A model generated the notes under the pieces. It made no database searches and was not told where the DNA came from. It was given only the letters and a program-made list of their open reading frames with translations. The translations under genes were made by a program, and so were the position numbers. A stretch of 64,000 bases of DNA from Eledone cirrhosa (Eukaryota). This document shows positions 41,602 to 56,099 of the stretch, in pieces. How positions within the stretch are numbered: the first letter of the stretch is position 1; each line of letters begins with the position of its first letter. The stretch spans positions 3,348,001 through 3,412,000 of the forward strand of contig OZ024743.1 in the NCBI GenBank assembly GCA_964016885.1, written 5' to 3'.

Positions 41602-43499
41602 GTTTTAACTACTGATATTTTGTACCTGTGGCGGCCCTTGTTATCCGTGTGCTTGTATAGACTTTTATTTCTATGTTTTGTGTGAATAGATGTATTATAT
41701 TTATTATTCCTAATTGCTTTGTTTAAGCAAACAAAGACAAGGAGGCTAATTCAAAATCCAACGCACCAGGTTGCCGATTAATCGAATTTGGCAATTAGAT
41801 AGTTACAGAATAGTCTGATCTTTGGAAGACTATTGATATATTTCTATATTATTATACCTCATTAAGTACAATTATCATTCATGTGTCTTTGGTGGTTGGG
41901 TTAGGTGGGTGTTAGTCTCGCGCTAGAGTATCGAAAAAAACAAGTAATAAGTCATACCAGTCACCGAAGGAAAGTGTGTATCATCAAGAAATTTGAACAG
42001 TAATGGTAACAAAAAGAGGAAACGAATTATTTCATTGTAAAGTGGTTTGAAAAACAAAACAAAAAGAAACTGGAAAGTTCCTGCCTGCCCAAATGTTCAG
42101 AAGTCATCCCCTTTTACGGTACATAAACTTTCTTATGAAACAGCGAGCGAGTTTGAAATAGAAACAGAAGCTTTCGCCGTATTTTTTTACTAAAGAAATT
42201 TTAGCCTGATAAGTGGGGTTTAGGACCCTCTAAGAAATGGAAAATGATGAGTATTGACGTACACACGTTCATAAAAAATACGGCGATTGTTTTTATTTCT
42301 ATTTCTTTGATTTATTTCTTCACTTTATTTTGTTGGGATAGACCTCCACCGACTTCGACGATGAGCGTTCCTTTTGTTCCATCAACAAGACAGCCTAATT
42401 AATTAACGTGTAAGTGGCTGAAAATTCCATAGATACGCGTCTCCTAAACGTAATTCTCATGGAGATTCAAGGTGACAGTATATGTGACAAGGCTGGCCAT
42501 TTGAATTTCAGGTTTACTCTACTCGATTTCACTTACAAGTCTTCGGTCGACTTGAGGCTATGGTAAATGACCTTTTCCCACGCCAATGGATCGAACTCGA
42601 GACGTTATAGTTGTCGTAGTGGGCGTATTTGCCGTAATAACGATAATAATTGTAGTAGTATGAAAGACCTGGTGTTGGTAATAGGTATGGAGAGAATTAT
42701 AATAAAGACGGCGGTGGCAGTGGTCGTGGTGATGGTAACGGTATGATTGAAGTAGTAGTAGTAGTTTTCAATCTTGACTCAGCAGATACGTAGTGTCGGC
42801 GGCGTCAGTGTTGGTGCAGGTAGTGGTAACACTAATGCTGTTCATTAAGAAAAGCCATTAACAAGTTGACCTTATCGTATATGGCGCCAGAAAATTTCTT
42901 CAGTTACCAAGAATTATCTGTTGGTCTGGGACACGGCAGTCACCCACACCTTCACTGACAGCCATATATCTTGTTGATGCGATCCACTTATCGAGTGATG
43001 CATCATCTGTCGGTTCCGGCAATGATCATTCAGTTGATCGATCAACTGAAAGTTCTACTCGTTAAAATAACGTTTAAGTAGCTGAGTATTTCATTGATGT
43101 ATGTATTATTCAACCTTTAGCCGAAATGATTAGTTATTAAGTAGTCGTGGTCACCACTTTAGCAGAGAATGATGTAGTCGCCACTTTAACAGGGTAGATG
43201 ATGGTCGTGAGTTGCCAGTGTGGTAAGTGATAGTATCCTCGTTGGATTATCTTGTTGACATAGACGTGAGGGAAGGTCCCTCGATCTATTTACCATCTTT
43301 GTATTTACAACATTCCTTTCGTCAGGTCGCCAATTCCAGCAGCATGGATTATAGATGTTATTGAGACACGAGTAACATAAAAATGATTTCAACAGCAGAA
43401 ATTAGAGATGAAATGTATGTTTATTTTTGATGTAGCACAAACAATGTTTGTTAACTTATATGGTTGAAGTTACAGATAAGAAGAGGTTACAAAAGGGAA

Positions 43500-43760
43500 T
43501 GTGCCATTGCGCCGAAAAGCCGGCGAGGCTAGGGTGCAAATCTCACCGTTACATTATGCGTGTTGCTGGCTCGAAGTTTCTGGTACAAGAGAGAGATTCT
43601 TCAAATCTTCGCGGGGAATTTCTTCCTCAGGGCGCGTAGGGATACATCCTCTTCTACTGGCGCTGATTGGCTGAACTGAGCCAAATCACGCACAGAGAAT
43701 GTATGTGAGCCCGCGGAATGTAGTTCACTACAAACCCTTTGATACCAACACGCTTGTAAC
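43500..43760. promoter_or_regulatory. Putative promoter (CpG-richer island with CCAAT and ACTACA motifs)
   Basis: ctgattggct CCAAT box; back-to-back gcggaatgtagttc/actacaaaccc; candidate minus-strand splice donor cg|gtgaga at ~43547. Confidence 0.3.
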
Positions 43761-44593
43761 TGACGTTGGATCTATGATTCAAAACTGTCTGTTTTAATTC
43801 ATACTTATATTAAAACATTTTATCATAATTTTAAGAATCTTTTGTTAAGTAATGTTCCAAACACCAACTTACTAATGAAAAAAATATAAACATTACTAAG
43901 TACCTCAAAATTTGTATTTACAAAGTAAATGAGACACATTTCATAAGAAATATACTAAAAAAAAAAAGGATTAATATAAGTCTCAAGCATAATTAATGTA
44001 ACACAAGGCTACCTTTACATTTCAATTACATATAGAATCTATCCGACTGTCTTTCACATAGCTTCAGCCCAAACAATTTCACTTACAGACCTGAGGTGAC
44101 CCGAGGCTATAGAAAATAAAATTAAAAAGATCAAACCATACTGGCACTCATGATTGAGATGCGAGCTTCTTAATCAGACAGAAGTGACTGGATCCTTCCA
44201 ATGAGTGCTGCAGCGAAGGCGGTGATAAGCGACGCAAACACGTAACTTTGCTCAACTATCTTTCAACCGTTATCAATGGAAGTGACAAGTGTGATATCAT
44301 CAAAGCCATACGTTAGCTGTTGTTGTTTATCTCCATATCAAACCCTGATCGAGGAGACCTCTGATCAAAGGCATTCCAACAGTTATTGACGTTGTTGGAT
44401 ATTCATCAAATATGTTGCTTTTAGCCCTCAGTCAGCCTTCTTTGCAAAAGTCTTGCTCAAAGTAATCTTCTATCCCCTCCCTTCCTCTTTTACTGCTACT
44501 ATAATGACCGCTGATGCTTGTAGGTGGCTGGTTTAGAATTACATATAATCAGACACTGCCAATTCCCTCATCTCTTCTCTTCCAATAATATTA

Positions 44594-44752
44594 GGGTCGG
44601 ACGCCATGCTTTCCAGCATAGTTACGTCCCTTTACGATCTGAGTTCAAATCCCGCCGAGGTTGACTTTGCTTTTCATCCTTACGAGGTCGATAAAATAAA
44701 GTACCAGTAATGAACTGAGTAATTGCTGGCCTTGTGCCTAAAGTAGAAACAA
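44594..44752 (+). mobile_element. OR-type SINE copy
   Basis: Family match. Confidence 0.88.
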
Positions 44753-45860
44753 ATATTGTATTTAACTACATCCCCATTACACGCACCAAACACTAATCGC
44801 TCATTCCGCCATTTACAGATTTTATATTATCGACTCCGAAAGGATAAAAAGCAACACTGAAATCTGTGGGGTTTGAAACAAGAATATAAAGAGCTAGATA
44901 TGCATAACATGCGAAGGCACAGGAAAAACGTTTACAGAGTTTAAATGATTGAATTGAAGTGGAAAATGGATGGACAACTGGCTATTGGAATGCTTCTGAA
45001 CAAATAAATTTAGGAAATCAGAGACAAATATTGTATTAACAGTAAATATACGTATAAAACTTAAAAAAAAAAAAAATGACTTGTTTGAACAATGTAATAC
45101 TGGTGCAAAATTTTGATAAACCGCTTTCTTCTTGCGGTATGTATTTCGACTGTTTAGGTTCTGACATCAACATATGCGATGACAGTATTCGAGGTGTAGA
45201 TCCATAGTCTTAGAAAACATATAGTAGCGGCGGATGCCAATGCCTTATATTTGGATGCATATTGCCTTATATTTGGTCGGCTACAACAGTTGTTGTCTCA
45301 TCTACAATGTGTTCTTCATATTCTGGTTTTAAAATAAGGCCTATGTTTTTATCATAAAATGTATAGCTACAGTTAAAGAATATCCACAGTGAAGTAACAC
45401 TAATATCAATTATTTCGAAATTAGAAATAAGGTCCCCCAATTATGGGGAAACGAATAGTCAATTATATCGACCCTATACTTTACTGGTACTTATTTTATC
45501 GACATCAGAAGGATGGTAGGTCACGACGTTATTTGAACGTAGAAAGTAACGGGACGCTACAAAAATATCATAAGGGATTTTATTCAGCCTCTATAGATTC
45601 AAGCAACCTGCCATCCTTGCGCAAATGACGATAACATTGTTTTTTAAACATAGACACACGCCATTAAAATCGGGGGAAAGGTATAGTCGGTCGTATCGAG
45701 TCCAGCACTTGATTGGTACATAAGTAAAATATGAAACAAATTCGTGTTCAACAATCTTAACTATCGGAAAATCTGAAAAATATTATCGAAATCCTTAGTA
45801 TAGGCATTAAATAATCTTAATTCTGAAACAAAATCGAAGACACTCAAAACCTTTAAAATA

Positions 45861-46037
45861 ATTGTTTCTACTTCTGACACACGGTCAGCAATTACCCAGT
45901 GCATTACTGGTACTTTACTTTATCGACCACGTAAGGATGAAAGGCAAAGTTAACCTCGGCGGGATTTGAACTCAGAATGGCAAGGGCCGTAACTGTAGGT
46001 GTTAAAGCATGGCATCCGACCCTCTACCGTTACTGCA
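45861..46037 (-). mobile_element. OR-type SINE copy
   Basis: Family match; older diverged copies also at ~19490-19705, 32170-32300, 45420-45620, 46160-46300 and 47196-47400. Confidence 0.88.
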
Positions 46038-48859
46038 ATGAAACAATGTTATGAGTATCTCTGAATTTATACATCAACACAGATACCAGAACATTTATAA
46101 AATGTGAAATTTTATATTATTATTAACGTAAATAGAATGATAGAATCGTTAGAACGTAAGAAACATGTCTATCAGTATTTGTTCTGGCTCTATACATTCT
46201 GAGTTCAAATCCCGCAGTAGCTGACTTTGCCGTTCAACTTTCCGAAGTCGACTTACCTTTTTTCCCAACATTGCTGCGTTTGTGCCAAAAATAGAAGCCA
46301 TTATTAGCGTTGAGTCGGGAAAATAATATTTGTGTGTTATAGAGCTTTCCCACAGCAGAACCATAGTCGTACGAAACATAAGGATATATTATAATACATT
46401 ATATTAAAGTTGCACTACATTATAAGATGTGGGTTTGATAGGATCAATCTCTGGTTCCCTACAGACTCCGAACTACATTATCCAGTGCGTTCTTTGTAAT
46501 TCTTCGTCACCAGGATATTATTTGAGGGAGATTTGGTTGCTATTTCTTTTAGGTAACTCCTGTTGTATTGTTTTGTACTTTCTAGTCTTATATTATATTT
46601 CTCTGTGGGTGTATGAATATGTGAGAGTACGTGCTGTACATATATCACATCCTAGTTTTTTCTCTTCACTTATTTATTGTTAAATTTTCAACGATCCTTT
46701 ATCAAGAGTTGATTTCCGAACGAGTTTTTCTTGGAAAATCTGCTTAGATTAAAAAAAAACACTTGGATGGGATTGGAATACTTAAACATTATCGTAAAAA
46801 ATTATTAATAATAAACCACTATATATATATACATATATATATAATATATTGTTGATATTATACAATAATACAGACAAGGGGAGGGCGGTAGTTGGTGGAG
46901 TTTCTTTGATCATTAGGTGATATAATTTTTGGTTTTCGTTCCGTAGATTTACTTTCTGAGATCTACCTTATCCTTACATTTTATCATTCTGGGAACTATA
47001 AAATGGAATATCAATCAAGTTCTGAGGTCGAATTAATAAACTAATCTCACCCACAAATGTCTTGGCTTATGCTTATATGTTAAAAATACATCCTCACACA
47101 TATTTGTTTTTTCATCCCAATTATCAAGTTTCATGGCCAGATACATAGGATGCTGGAATACATAAAGGTTCTTCTAGAAAATAAAATATTATCAAGGCGG
47201 TGAATGACAGAATCGATAGAGCGTCAGACTAGTGCTGTATTTACTTTCTTTTGCATTCTGAACTCAAATCTCGTTGAGGTTAACTTGGCCTCTTATCATT
47301 TACGTGATGGATAAAATAAAGTAGCAGTCAAGTACTGGGCCAATATAATTGATTCTACCCCTTCCCAAAATTTCAGTCCTTGTGTCTATGTTAAAAATCA
47401 ATTTTATATCATAATAGCAGAATCGGATAGAATTTCGGACAAAATACTGTGGGTGTGTATGTATTTCACTCTATAGAAATTTCTAATTACGTAAAAAAAG
47501 GCATTTACATAATTTACATTTTAAGGTTATTTGAAGTATATAAGGAACATTTTAACACATAGTCGGAACAAATAATGCTTCAAGGAATGGTTTGTTTTTT
47601 CAAAGAATACATGTGTGCGTGTGTGTATTTATTCACACACCCTCATACACACATATATATACATGTATAAATAAAGGCGACATCGTTTCTTTTAAGCATG
47701 TATGTTACTTTGCAAACGCGATACGAATTTTGGATTTTCGTATTTCCTATTTGTCCTCTATATTTTGTTTGTAACAATAATGTTTCTAGCCATATAATCC
47801 TTCTAGACATCTTCTTTGTTTTATCTCTCGATTGAAGGGAAAATTATGTTACTGATAATTTCTTCAAATTCAACATTTAATGCAATTAAAGTAGAAATTC
47901 AGATGACAATTTTTTTCATAAGTTTTTTTTTTTAGATAAGTGTAGACATGACTATGTGATTAAGGATCACCCATTTCGAACTCCCTGTGAATAAACAACT
48001 CCTTCAAGGAATGGTAAAGTAAGTTTCCGTCTGTTCATCAAAGCCTTCAGCTCTTCAAAAGAGTAATGCGAAGCTGATGGCTGAAGTTGTTGCTATGGCT
48101 CTCACCTCGTTTGGTTTAGTCAGCCTCCTACGAGCTTGCTTCTCATAGCATGCCTTTCTTCTTTTTTGCTCGATAATACTGGGGTCATCCTAGATTACTG
48201 ATCCCAGAGGCATCAACTTGCGTAGAGCCGACCAGGTCCACCAGTGCTCGCCATCGCTGGCGGTCCCGTGCCAGCGCCTCTGGATACCTTGATGACATCC
48301 AGCCATCTGATTACCCCGTGATAAACAGGCGAAACTCCAGAGTAACCAGACTCACTAGTTAGCCTTAATAAAATGAATATCAAAACTCTACTTCGGTATT
48401 GAGTACTCCTTTCTCCCAGAGGTCAACCACATACGGATATATATGTGGAGAGAGAGAGATAAAACCGGCTTTCGTTGATCCATCAATCCAAATAATTCGT
48501 TATAATCGACCACCAGTACCTGGCGTTGATCTTCAGATAAGCCTATTGTGGGGTCCCGTTTTCTGAGGCTGGAATCGTTCTACGTACAACAGCGACTGTT
48601 CAGTGATCATCAGACTAAGAGACCACCAATAGAAACCGCTTTGATTCGCATGCTCGGTCCAGCTATCATCATTTCTTATTGGTTCAGTATATTATGGCTC
48701 TTTGCGCCATTGCCGATGACAGGCATACAATCGAACAGAGATTCGGGAAAGCGGTGTCTACATATGTGGATGTAACGGAAATCAATGGGGCCGGTGTTAT
48801 ACTAAATGTAATGATAGCAAGTGTGCTGTAATAACTATATATATATATATATATACATA

Positions 48860-49079
48860 TTCTTCTTAGGACCCACTCGGTCACGAATGACCATGGTTTT
48901 GCACCTAGAAAGTTTCCCTCCGAGGCACAAGCCAGGGCAAGGTTTGTTTTGTGGAAGACCATAGTCGCCCATGCATACCAGTCTCCCCTCTCCACGCCAC
49001 CGATATTGTCCAAGGGCAAGGCAATGCCCGACACCAGTGATGTTGCAACCCATTTCTACAGCTGAGTAAACTGGAGCAT
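48860..49079 (-). mobile_element. SINE body (second family)
   Basis: tgctccagtttactcagctgtagaaatg shared with 53712-53740. Confidence 0.6.
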
Positions 49080-49111
49080 ATATATATATATACATACTAG
49101 ACCGCTTCAAA

Positions 49112-50842
49112 ATCATCATCATCATCGTTTAACGTTCATCTTCCACGCTTGCATGGGTTTGGACGGGAGTTTTCCCACTTGAGGCAAGATTGGTTGTCCT
49201 GCTCGTATAGGACTGTCTGGCAGGTTTTCTACGGCTGGATGCCCTTCCTAACACCAACCACGTTTACAGTGTGGACTGGGAGGTTTTTACCGTGTTACCC
49301 ACACGGCCACATTACAGCGTGGACTGTGTGTTCTTTGTCGTGACACCTACACGACCTCATTTGTTTCGGACTGGATGTTGTGGCACCAACATAACTTCAC
49401 ATTGAAGGGGGTGGGGATAGTGGGACAGGGGTGTATTTTGGTTAAGAGGTACCTACTGACTGTAGGTTTCGCTTTGTACTTAGGCAAGGCGGGTCTTCTG
49501 TATTACTGTGTAGCGCCAAAGATCTCGGTCCAGTGACATTGTCTTGGAGAGGTGTAAGTGTGTGAGGTCGGAATTTATCAAGTCGTCCCAGGTTTTTCTG
49601 GGTCTGCCTACTCCGTGGCTACCGTCTATTTTTATCGCCCTGCACTTTTTTTATACAGCTGTCGTCTTTCATGCGCATCACGTGACCGTACCAACGTAGT
49701 CTTCTCTCGAGTAAACATCTGATCCCTCTTATTCCTAATTTCTCCCTTAGTTCGTTTATGCTTTACTGTTCACGTATTACACATCCAGCGGAGCATGCAA
49801 GCTTCGTTCCTCTTCAGTCTGCATACATCCTCTGCACACAATGCCCAGGTCTCACTGCCATGTAACATTGCTGTTCGTATGCAGGCATCATACAGCCTGC
49901 CTTTCATTTTTAGAGAGAACCCTTTAGCGGCCAATAGTGGTATAAGCTCTCTGAACTTTTTCCATCCCGTTCTGACTCTAGCTACTGTACTTTCAGAGCA
50001 CCCTCCCCCACTGTTGATTTTGTCACCCAGGTAACAAAAGGTGTCCACTATTTCTATAGAACTATCTGTGCAATGGAATGACCTAGTATTCTGTGGGCAC
50101 TTGCTGCTAGTTATTGCACCAGAGCACCGGCCACATATAAAATCTATATTCTTAGTTAGCTTACCTGTGATCCCACTACATCTTTTATGCACCCATACTT
50201 TGCATTTGGGACATAAAATGGAGTTTCTGCCTACTCCTTTCCTACACACTGAGCATGGCCATTTCCCAGATGGGACTGGTGCCCTATTTTCCTTCCTACA
50301 AACTAGAACTTTAGTCTTAGACAAGTTAACTTTAAGGCCTTTTGATCCTAGGCCATGCTTCCATGTTTGGAATTTCTTCTCTAGTTCAGCCATTGATTCA
50401 GCTATGAGCGTTAGATCATCTGCATATAGGAGTTCCCATGGGCAGTCAGTCTTGAACTCCTCTGTTATAGCCTGAAGGGCAATAATAAATAGTAGGGGGC
50501 TAAGAACGGAGCCCTGATGAACACCAACTTTTACGCTAAACTCTTCACTATATTCGTTGTTAATTCTAACCTTGCTGACTGTTTCTTTATACATGGCTTG
50601 TATAGCTCTCACAAGCCATTCATCAACACCTAGTTTTCTAAGAGCCCACCAGATAATGGAGCGGGGGACTCTGTCAAAGGCTTTCTCCAAGTAAACAAAA
50701 GCTAAGTATAGGGGTTTACTTTTAGTTAGGTACTTCTACTGTAGATGTCGTACAATGAAAAGAGCATCTGTGGTACTTTTACCTGACACAAACCCGAACT
50801 GCATTTCATCTGGATCAATTCGTTCTGTGATTAGTTGCGCTA
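49112..50842 (-). mobile_element. RTE-type LINE, 5'-truncated, RT with inserted PHD-like finger, (GAT)n tail
   Basis: ORF 49770-50690: EKAFDRVPR, GVHQGSVLSPLLF, LLYADD, CSVC..CPKC..H..C..CGRC, FCYLG; tail gcaagcgtggaagatgaacgttaaacgatgatg. Confidence 0.92.
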
Positions 50843-52567
50843 AATATTTTTAAAAAATCATGTTTCTGTTTATGAAGGTTCCCGGAAAAACCCGTGCTCT
50901 GATTTACGTGAAACTTGTTTTATTCCATTTGTATCCCAATTTCAGGGTCAACTTCCTTTCAAAGTATTTTCCCATTATGCACCCTTTTGATTGTATTACA
51001 TTACAGACAAGCAAGCAAGCAATCAGAGTTTTAGTAATATATATACACACATATTATTTATATATATATATATATTGTGCGTGTGTACTTAAATGTATGT
51101 ATATATCTATATGAAAAAATTTCTTTGGTAAAGAACTTGATCCCTACCATAAAAAAAACAACCATACGTGGCGTGAATCCATGAACTGCAAAACAAAACG
51201 TTTTTTTGTTTTTTTTTCATCGTCGATCTACTTCACCTTCACTCCATTGCCTTCTAAATCGCATCCCTCTATATCTATTCATCCCTTCCACTCTCAACCC
51301 TCCTCCCTTTAAAAAGAAATTTTAAAAACTGAAGCTGACAAAAATCATCTGACTTTCCTGATGATTTCTTACGAATGAAACAGTTCTAGACTTGTAATAA
51401 GCTAGTCGGAGTACCCTCGATCTGTCAGGAATAGCAGCCAAACATCAAATCCCACATCAATAAAAGATGAGTACTCATGGCTAGAAAACCTTTGAACAGA
51501 AATCTACTTGGGCAGGAATCAGGAGCTGATCAACATTAACAAGTAACAACAACACAAACTAACCGATTCATAGTAGAATATGCAAATTATGTAATTTGAC
51601 TTATTGACAACCTGTAGTTTTCTGCATTTCAAATATTTATTTCCTACATAAGCTGAAGGAGATACAATTTGTGGATAGGCCTGGTCTTGTGGTTAAGGTG
51701 TACACTTCACTGCTGCATGTCGATCTCACAGAATGGCACATTGAATACAAAAACCTGTGAAATTTATTAAATGAAAAGTATTCAGAAACCACTTATTGTA
51801 TATGCAAATTTGTCTCCATGTATACACATCGAGATTATTTGAATGACAGGGTTCACTTGATTATGTCCCACTGTCTAGTTGAATGGGTGAGAATCACTTT
51901 ATTTTACATAATATTGAATCTACGAGATTTTGATATTTATTTTGAGAATAATACATTAACATAAGTATGAGCAGCTGGTTTAAATGCTAAAGAGTTAAAG
52001 CATGTAAAGCAGAGATGTCTAATGCATACATATCATGGAGAAACTGGTTTTAAAGTAATGGTGATGTTCATCAGTGATTCACAAGGATGCCGATATTATC
52101 ATTCGGCAGGGAGGGCAGGTAACATTAGGAGGTAAGGAATACAATTAATTTTAAGTTTAAATACATTCACTACATTTATTACATTATCATCTTTTTTATG
52201 TTGACTTTTCCATATCAATGTCTTTTCTGACACCAACCCTTTAGGTCATTTCTTACTATATGCAGGGATATGGCACACCTATTCTAAATCAGATACACAA
52301 AGTAAAACTTGAAAACAGGTAGTAAGTATCCCAGAGTTTCAGATAGACATTCAGCAATAAAGGTACATAATTGCACCAATATGCATATATACAAACACAC
52401 ATATATTAAAATGGAGGATGTGATCAAATTTATTAAATAAATAAAATATACATAGGAGGTTCATGTAAATAAAAACAATATAAATAAATGCAAAAATCTG
52501 CTCCCTCTCCAGTCAGCTATATTTTATGATCAACTATTATTTATAGTGTTTTTCTTTTAATACAGAC

Positions 52568-52652
<85 letters not shown>

Positions 52653-53517
52653 CATATAAATACATTTGAACATACTATATATATACATTTAAAAAATAAA
52701 ACAATTCACATTACTAAAACATGCAATGTATATATGTGTGTATATATATATACATGCACAGCACTTGCTGGTTTGATATACTTAGATGTAAAATGATAGC
52801 ATGCAACATTAACGCTCAATTCTGGGTTAAATTTTTTTAATATAATACAGTTAGTTATAAAGCATGCACATAACCATCAGTTCAGATTGATTGGATATCT
52901 ACCAATCAATCTCTGTGCTAGTTAAGAGAAATTTTGAAAAAGGTTTTGAGTTTTTCCCAGAAATACAATGAAATGCCTGCAGTGTTTTTGAATAAGTCAT
53001 ACACCTTCTTTTGGCCACCCCCCTCTTCAAATGCAAAAGTTCTTCTATTAAAATGTTCATAATTGTTTCAGTATTGCTATTTTGATTTTGGGCATTGGTT
53101 TTGTTTACAGACTCTGGCTGTGTGGGAGAGTTGGTTATTGGTTACTTAATAGTCCTTCCTATACACAACTCATTCTTTCTACCAGCATCTACACATCCAA
53201 CTCTTACTGATTCCTCTAAGATGATTTCCGATATGAGGATGATGCTGAACATATAAATATACATATAAATACTTTTTTCATGCATATTACATATGCATCC
53301 ACCAATAAAATATGTAGAACACTTGAAGATGTGTTTTAATTATCCAATATAGATGGTTTCTTGATGACATAACAAATTTGAATTTGATAACTAGTTTCAA
53401 TATTTAGACTTGTAATAGCTTCCCTGATGATTATATATATTGGTATAAATCAACCTTTTTTTAAATATGTGCAAGCACCAAATTATATGTACATATATAT
53501 GTATGTGTGTGTGTGTG

Positions 53518-53553
<36 letters not shown>

Positions 53554-53601
53554 CATATACACACACACACATATATATATATACACACACATACATATGA
53601 A

Positions 53602-53921
53602 GGCACATGGCTTAGTGGTTAGAGCATTGGCCTTGCAATCAAAAGGTTGTGAGTTCAATTCTCAGACCGGCTGATGTGTTGTTTCCTTGAGCAAGACACT
53701 TTATTTCACATTGCTCCAGTTTACTCAGCTGTAGAAATGAGATGATAGGGACTGGGGTCCCTATCTTTCAACTGCAAAGTGGTCGTGGAGGTGCCACGGC
53801 AAAAAAAGCATCCAGCACTCACTGTAAATGAGGTTGGTGTTAGGAAGGGCATCCAGCTGTAGAAATCAAGCCAGAATCAGTTCCAGTCCCACCCTTGCAA
53901 GCAGGGAAAAGCAGACGTAAA

Positions 53922-53950
<29 letters not shown>
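53602..53950 (+). mobile_element. tRNA-derived SINE with RTE-matching 3' tail
   Basis: A box tggcttagtggtt, B box gagttcaattc; 3' end gcaagcagggaaaagcagacgtaaaat(gat)n resembles the RTE tail. Confidence 0.85.
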
Positions 53951-53953
<3 letters not shown>

Positions 53954-54067
53954 GAATTATGAAAATGGAGATTTGTTGTATTCTTCTATGTATGAGGTGG
54001 TGTGTACATAGCCAGTGTACATATTCCTGTTGATTTCAAGAATCCCATGAATATGAATATAAGCCTT

Positions 54068-54105
54068 CTACATCTTGAAGTTTGGCAGTAGATTTTCAGA
54101 ATAAC
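54068..54105 (-). CDS. Candidate last coding exon of the Osr-like gene
   Basis: Polypyrimidine tract plus CAG acceptor, phase 1 compatible, GYSENLLPNFKM*. Confidence 0.35.
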
Positions 54106-54288
54106 CTGATTGTAAAGAAAAAAAAAAATTTTATATATATATATAATATGTAATGTACATATCAAGAATGTATCTTGGATTACATTATCTTAGTTACACT
54201 TGCCTTCTTTCTTTTTTAACATAAAACAGTGTGGTTTAAGGGGGGACATTTGACCCAGAATATTTTACCCCTATTTCTAACACATTAA

Positions 54289-54509
54289 TCCTTAAGTATT
54301 TAAACCTTCTGTATCTGGCCAGAATTCTCTTACCTCTTTATGTTCAAGCCGGCTGTAACTGGCTGCTCATACTGATGTTAAGGTATTGTTCTCAAAATAA
54401 AAAACATAAAAATCTCATAGATTCGATACTATGTGAGAAAATTATGTAAGGTAGAGCCTTTACCATGAAAATATAATAGTAAATATAGAATAATCTAAAT
54501 TCTAAAGGG
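54289..54509. mobile_element. TTAA-flanked (piggyBac-like) MITE; partial copies at 62257-62410 and ~51900-51997
   Basis: TTAA|tccttaagtattta ... taaattctaaaggg|TTAA; internal sequence matches 62257-62410. Confidence 0.65.
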
Positions 54510-55171
54510 TTAAGTAACTAAATAAGTTCCCCATCAACACTGCCACTATTACCAACTTGTCCACTCTTTGACTCATCCATATTGCAGCAAACACTTCCAT
54601 ATTGATTGGATGTACAATCTATTGCTGGTAATTAGGAGAACTGAGATAATGTAAAATATATTTATCTGTTTAGACATACACAACATTACTTTTATAGAAG
54701 ATACATGATCTATAAAGCTGAATATAGTATTTAGTGTTTGTTCATTCATCCCAAGTGGCTTAGTTATAGGAAGAATAGCAGTGTCTTGACTTTTTCCAGG
54801 ATCCCTGAAACTTGTAAGAAGATAGGAAGATCAGAGACCTGAGTTCAAAAGCTTACAATAAAGTAGACTGTGATCAAGACACTCAAGTGGAAAGTGGTGT
54901 TCAACCAGGCAATACATTATAAGTTTGCCACTATGAAACAAGAACTGTCTCTCACAGTTTCTCACTATCATTTATAGTAAAAGACACTTATTCTAGGTTT
55001 TGAAAGCAAAATTTTGTTGTTTGTGAAGTAAACTTAACCACACAGTTATGTGCCCCCTACCCCACCCCCAACCAATTGAAGAACATGACCCATAAGTTAG
55101 CTGGTTGACTATATACTTAAAATATTATAAAAGTTTTATTAGATAGAATAATAAAAATTCATAATAATCAC

Positions 55172-55275
55172 CTTCCGGATGATGAACAGCTGTATGTGAT
55201 TTCAAAGTTCTTGACTGACAAAAGCCTTTCCCACAAATTTCACAAATAAATGGTTTCTTCTCTTGATGAGTGTAT
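55172..55275 (-). CDS. Osr: Odd-skipped-related zinc-finger gene, exon with finger 3
   Basis: YTHQEKKPFICEICGKGFCQSRTLKSHTAVH; AG/GT borders in phase with the upstream exon. Confidence 0.88.
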
Positions 55276-55396
55276 CTGGTTTCAATGAAAAAATGCAGTA
55301 TTATTAACCTTGTCATTACCATAATTCTAATGAAATATACTGTCTATGATTTTCAGTTAACTTAAAAAATTAAACTTTGCCCTCTGTAATATGGAC

Positions 55397-55620
55397 AGCC
55401 TCTCACAAGCTGATGATATGAAAGTAACACAGGCAATCAAGAAAGCGGCTGATGTTACTCTCTTACAACAATATCTAGATACTATATATGAATGAGCTGA
55501 AGACAATATACAATTTAATGCAGATAAATTTCAAACCCTCCGCTATCATCCCACAAACATAGGACCACGAAAACAAAGGTACACTGGATCAGGAGGAATC
55601 AAAATCCCCGAGTAAATATC
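55397..55620 (+). pseudogene. Intronic CR1/Jockey-like RT remnant
   Basis: ADD.K...LQ..LD.IY....N.QFNADKFQ.LRY. Confidence 0.55.
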
Positions 55621-55943
55621 AATGCATGTGCATGAATGTACGTGGCTTGTTTGTGTACATTTGTCTCCTTAACATCATTACTTCACGTGGGGAAAAAAAT
55701 AAAGTCATAGACTAACACACACATATATATTATATATATATATATATATATAAATAATTATAATTATATAAAATCTAAATTAAGTTTTCTATATAAATTA
55801 AACACCTCATATATAATCAGTTTAGAAATATAATATTAGCTTAATGCTTTATTAGTATAACATTACAATAGTTTATCTATTAACTTATTTATATATTCCT
55901 TTTGTGCACGTCATATGCCAATTAGCATTCAATATCAACTTAC

Positions 55944-56099
55944 TTGTGATCTCGGAGATGATCTCTGCGACGGAACCATTTCAAACACTTATCACACTGA
56001 TAAGGACGTTCATCTGTATGTGTTCGTTCGTGTATGTTTCGGTTATAGGCTTTGGTGAAACTTCGTTGGCAATACTGACAAATATATACTCGTTTCTCA
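55944..56099 (-). CDS. Osr: Odd-skipped-related zinc-finger gene, exon with fingers 1-2
   Basis: [51 protein letters not shown], matching the Odd/Osr signature; cag| acceptor and |gtaagt donor. Missed by the ORF track. Confidence 0.92.

Noticed and set aside
48460-48540. Minus-strand CTGAAGA...GAAA-gccggt hammerhead candidate
   Set aside because: No convincing stem I or stem II.
53602-53670. tRNA gene
   Set aside because: tRNA-like SINE head that continues into a SINE core and lacks a complete cloverleaf.
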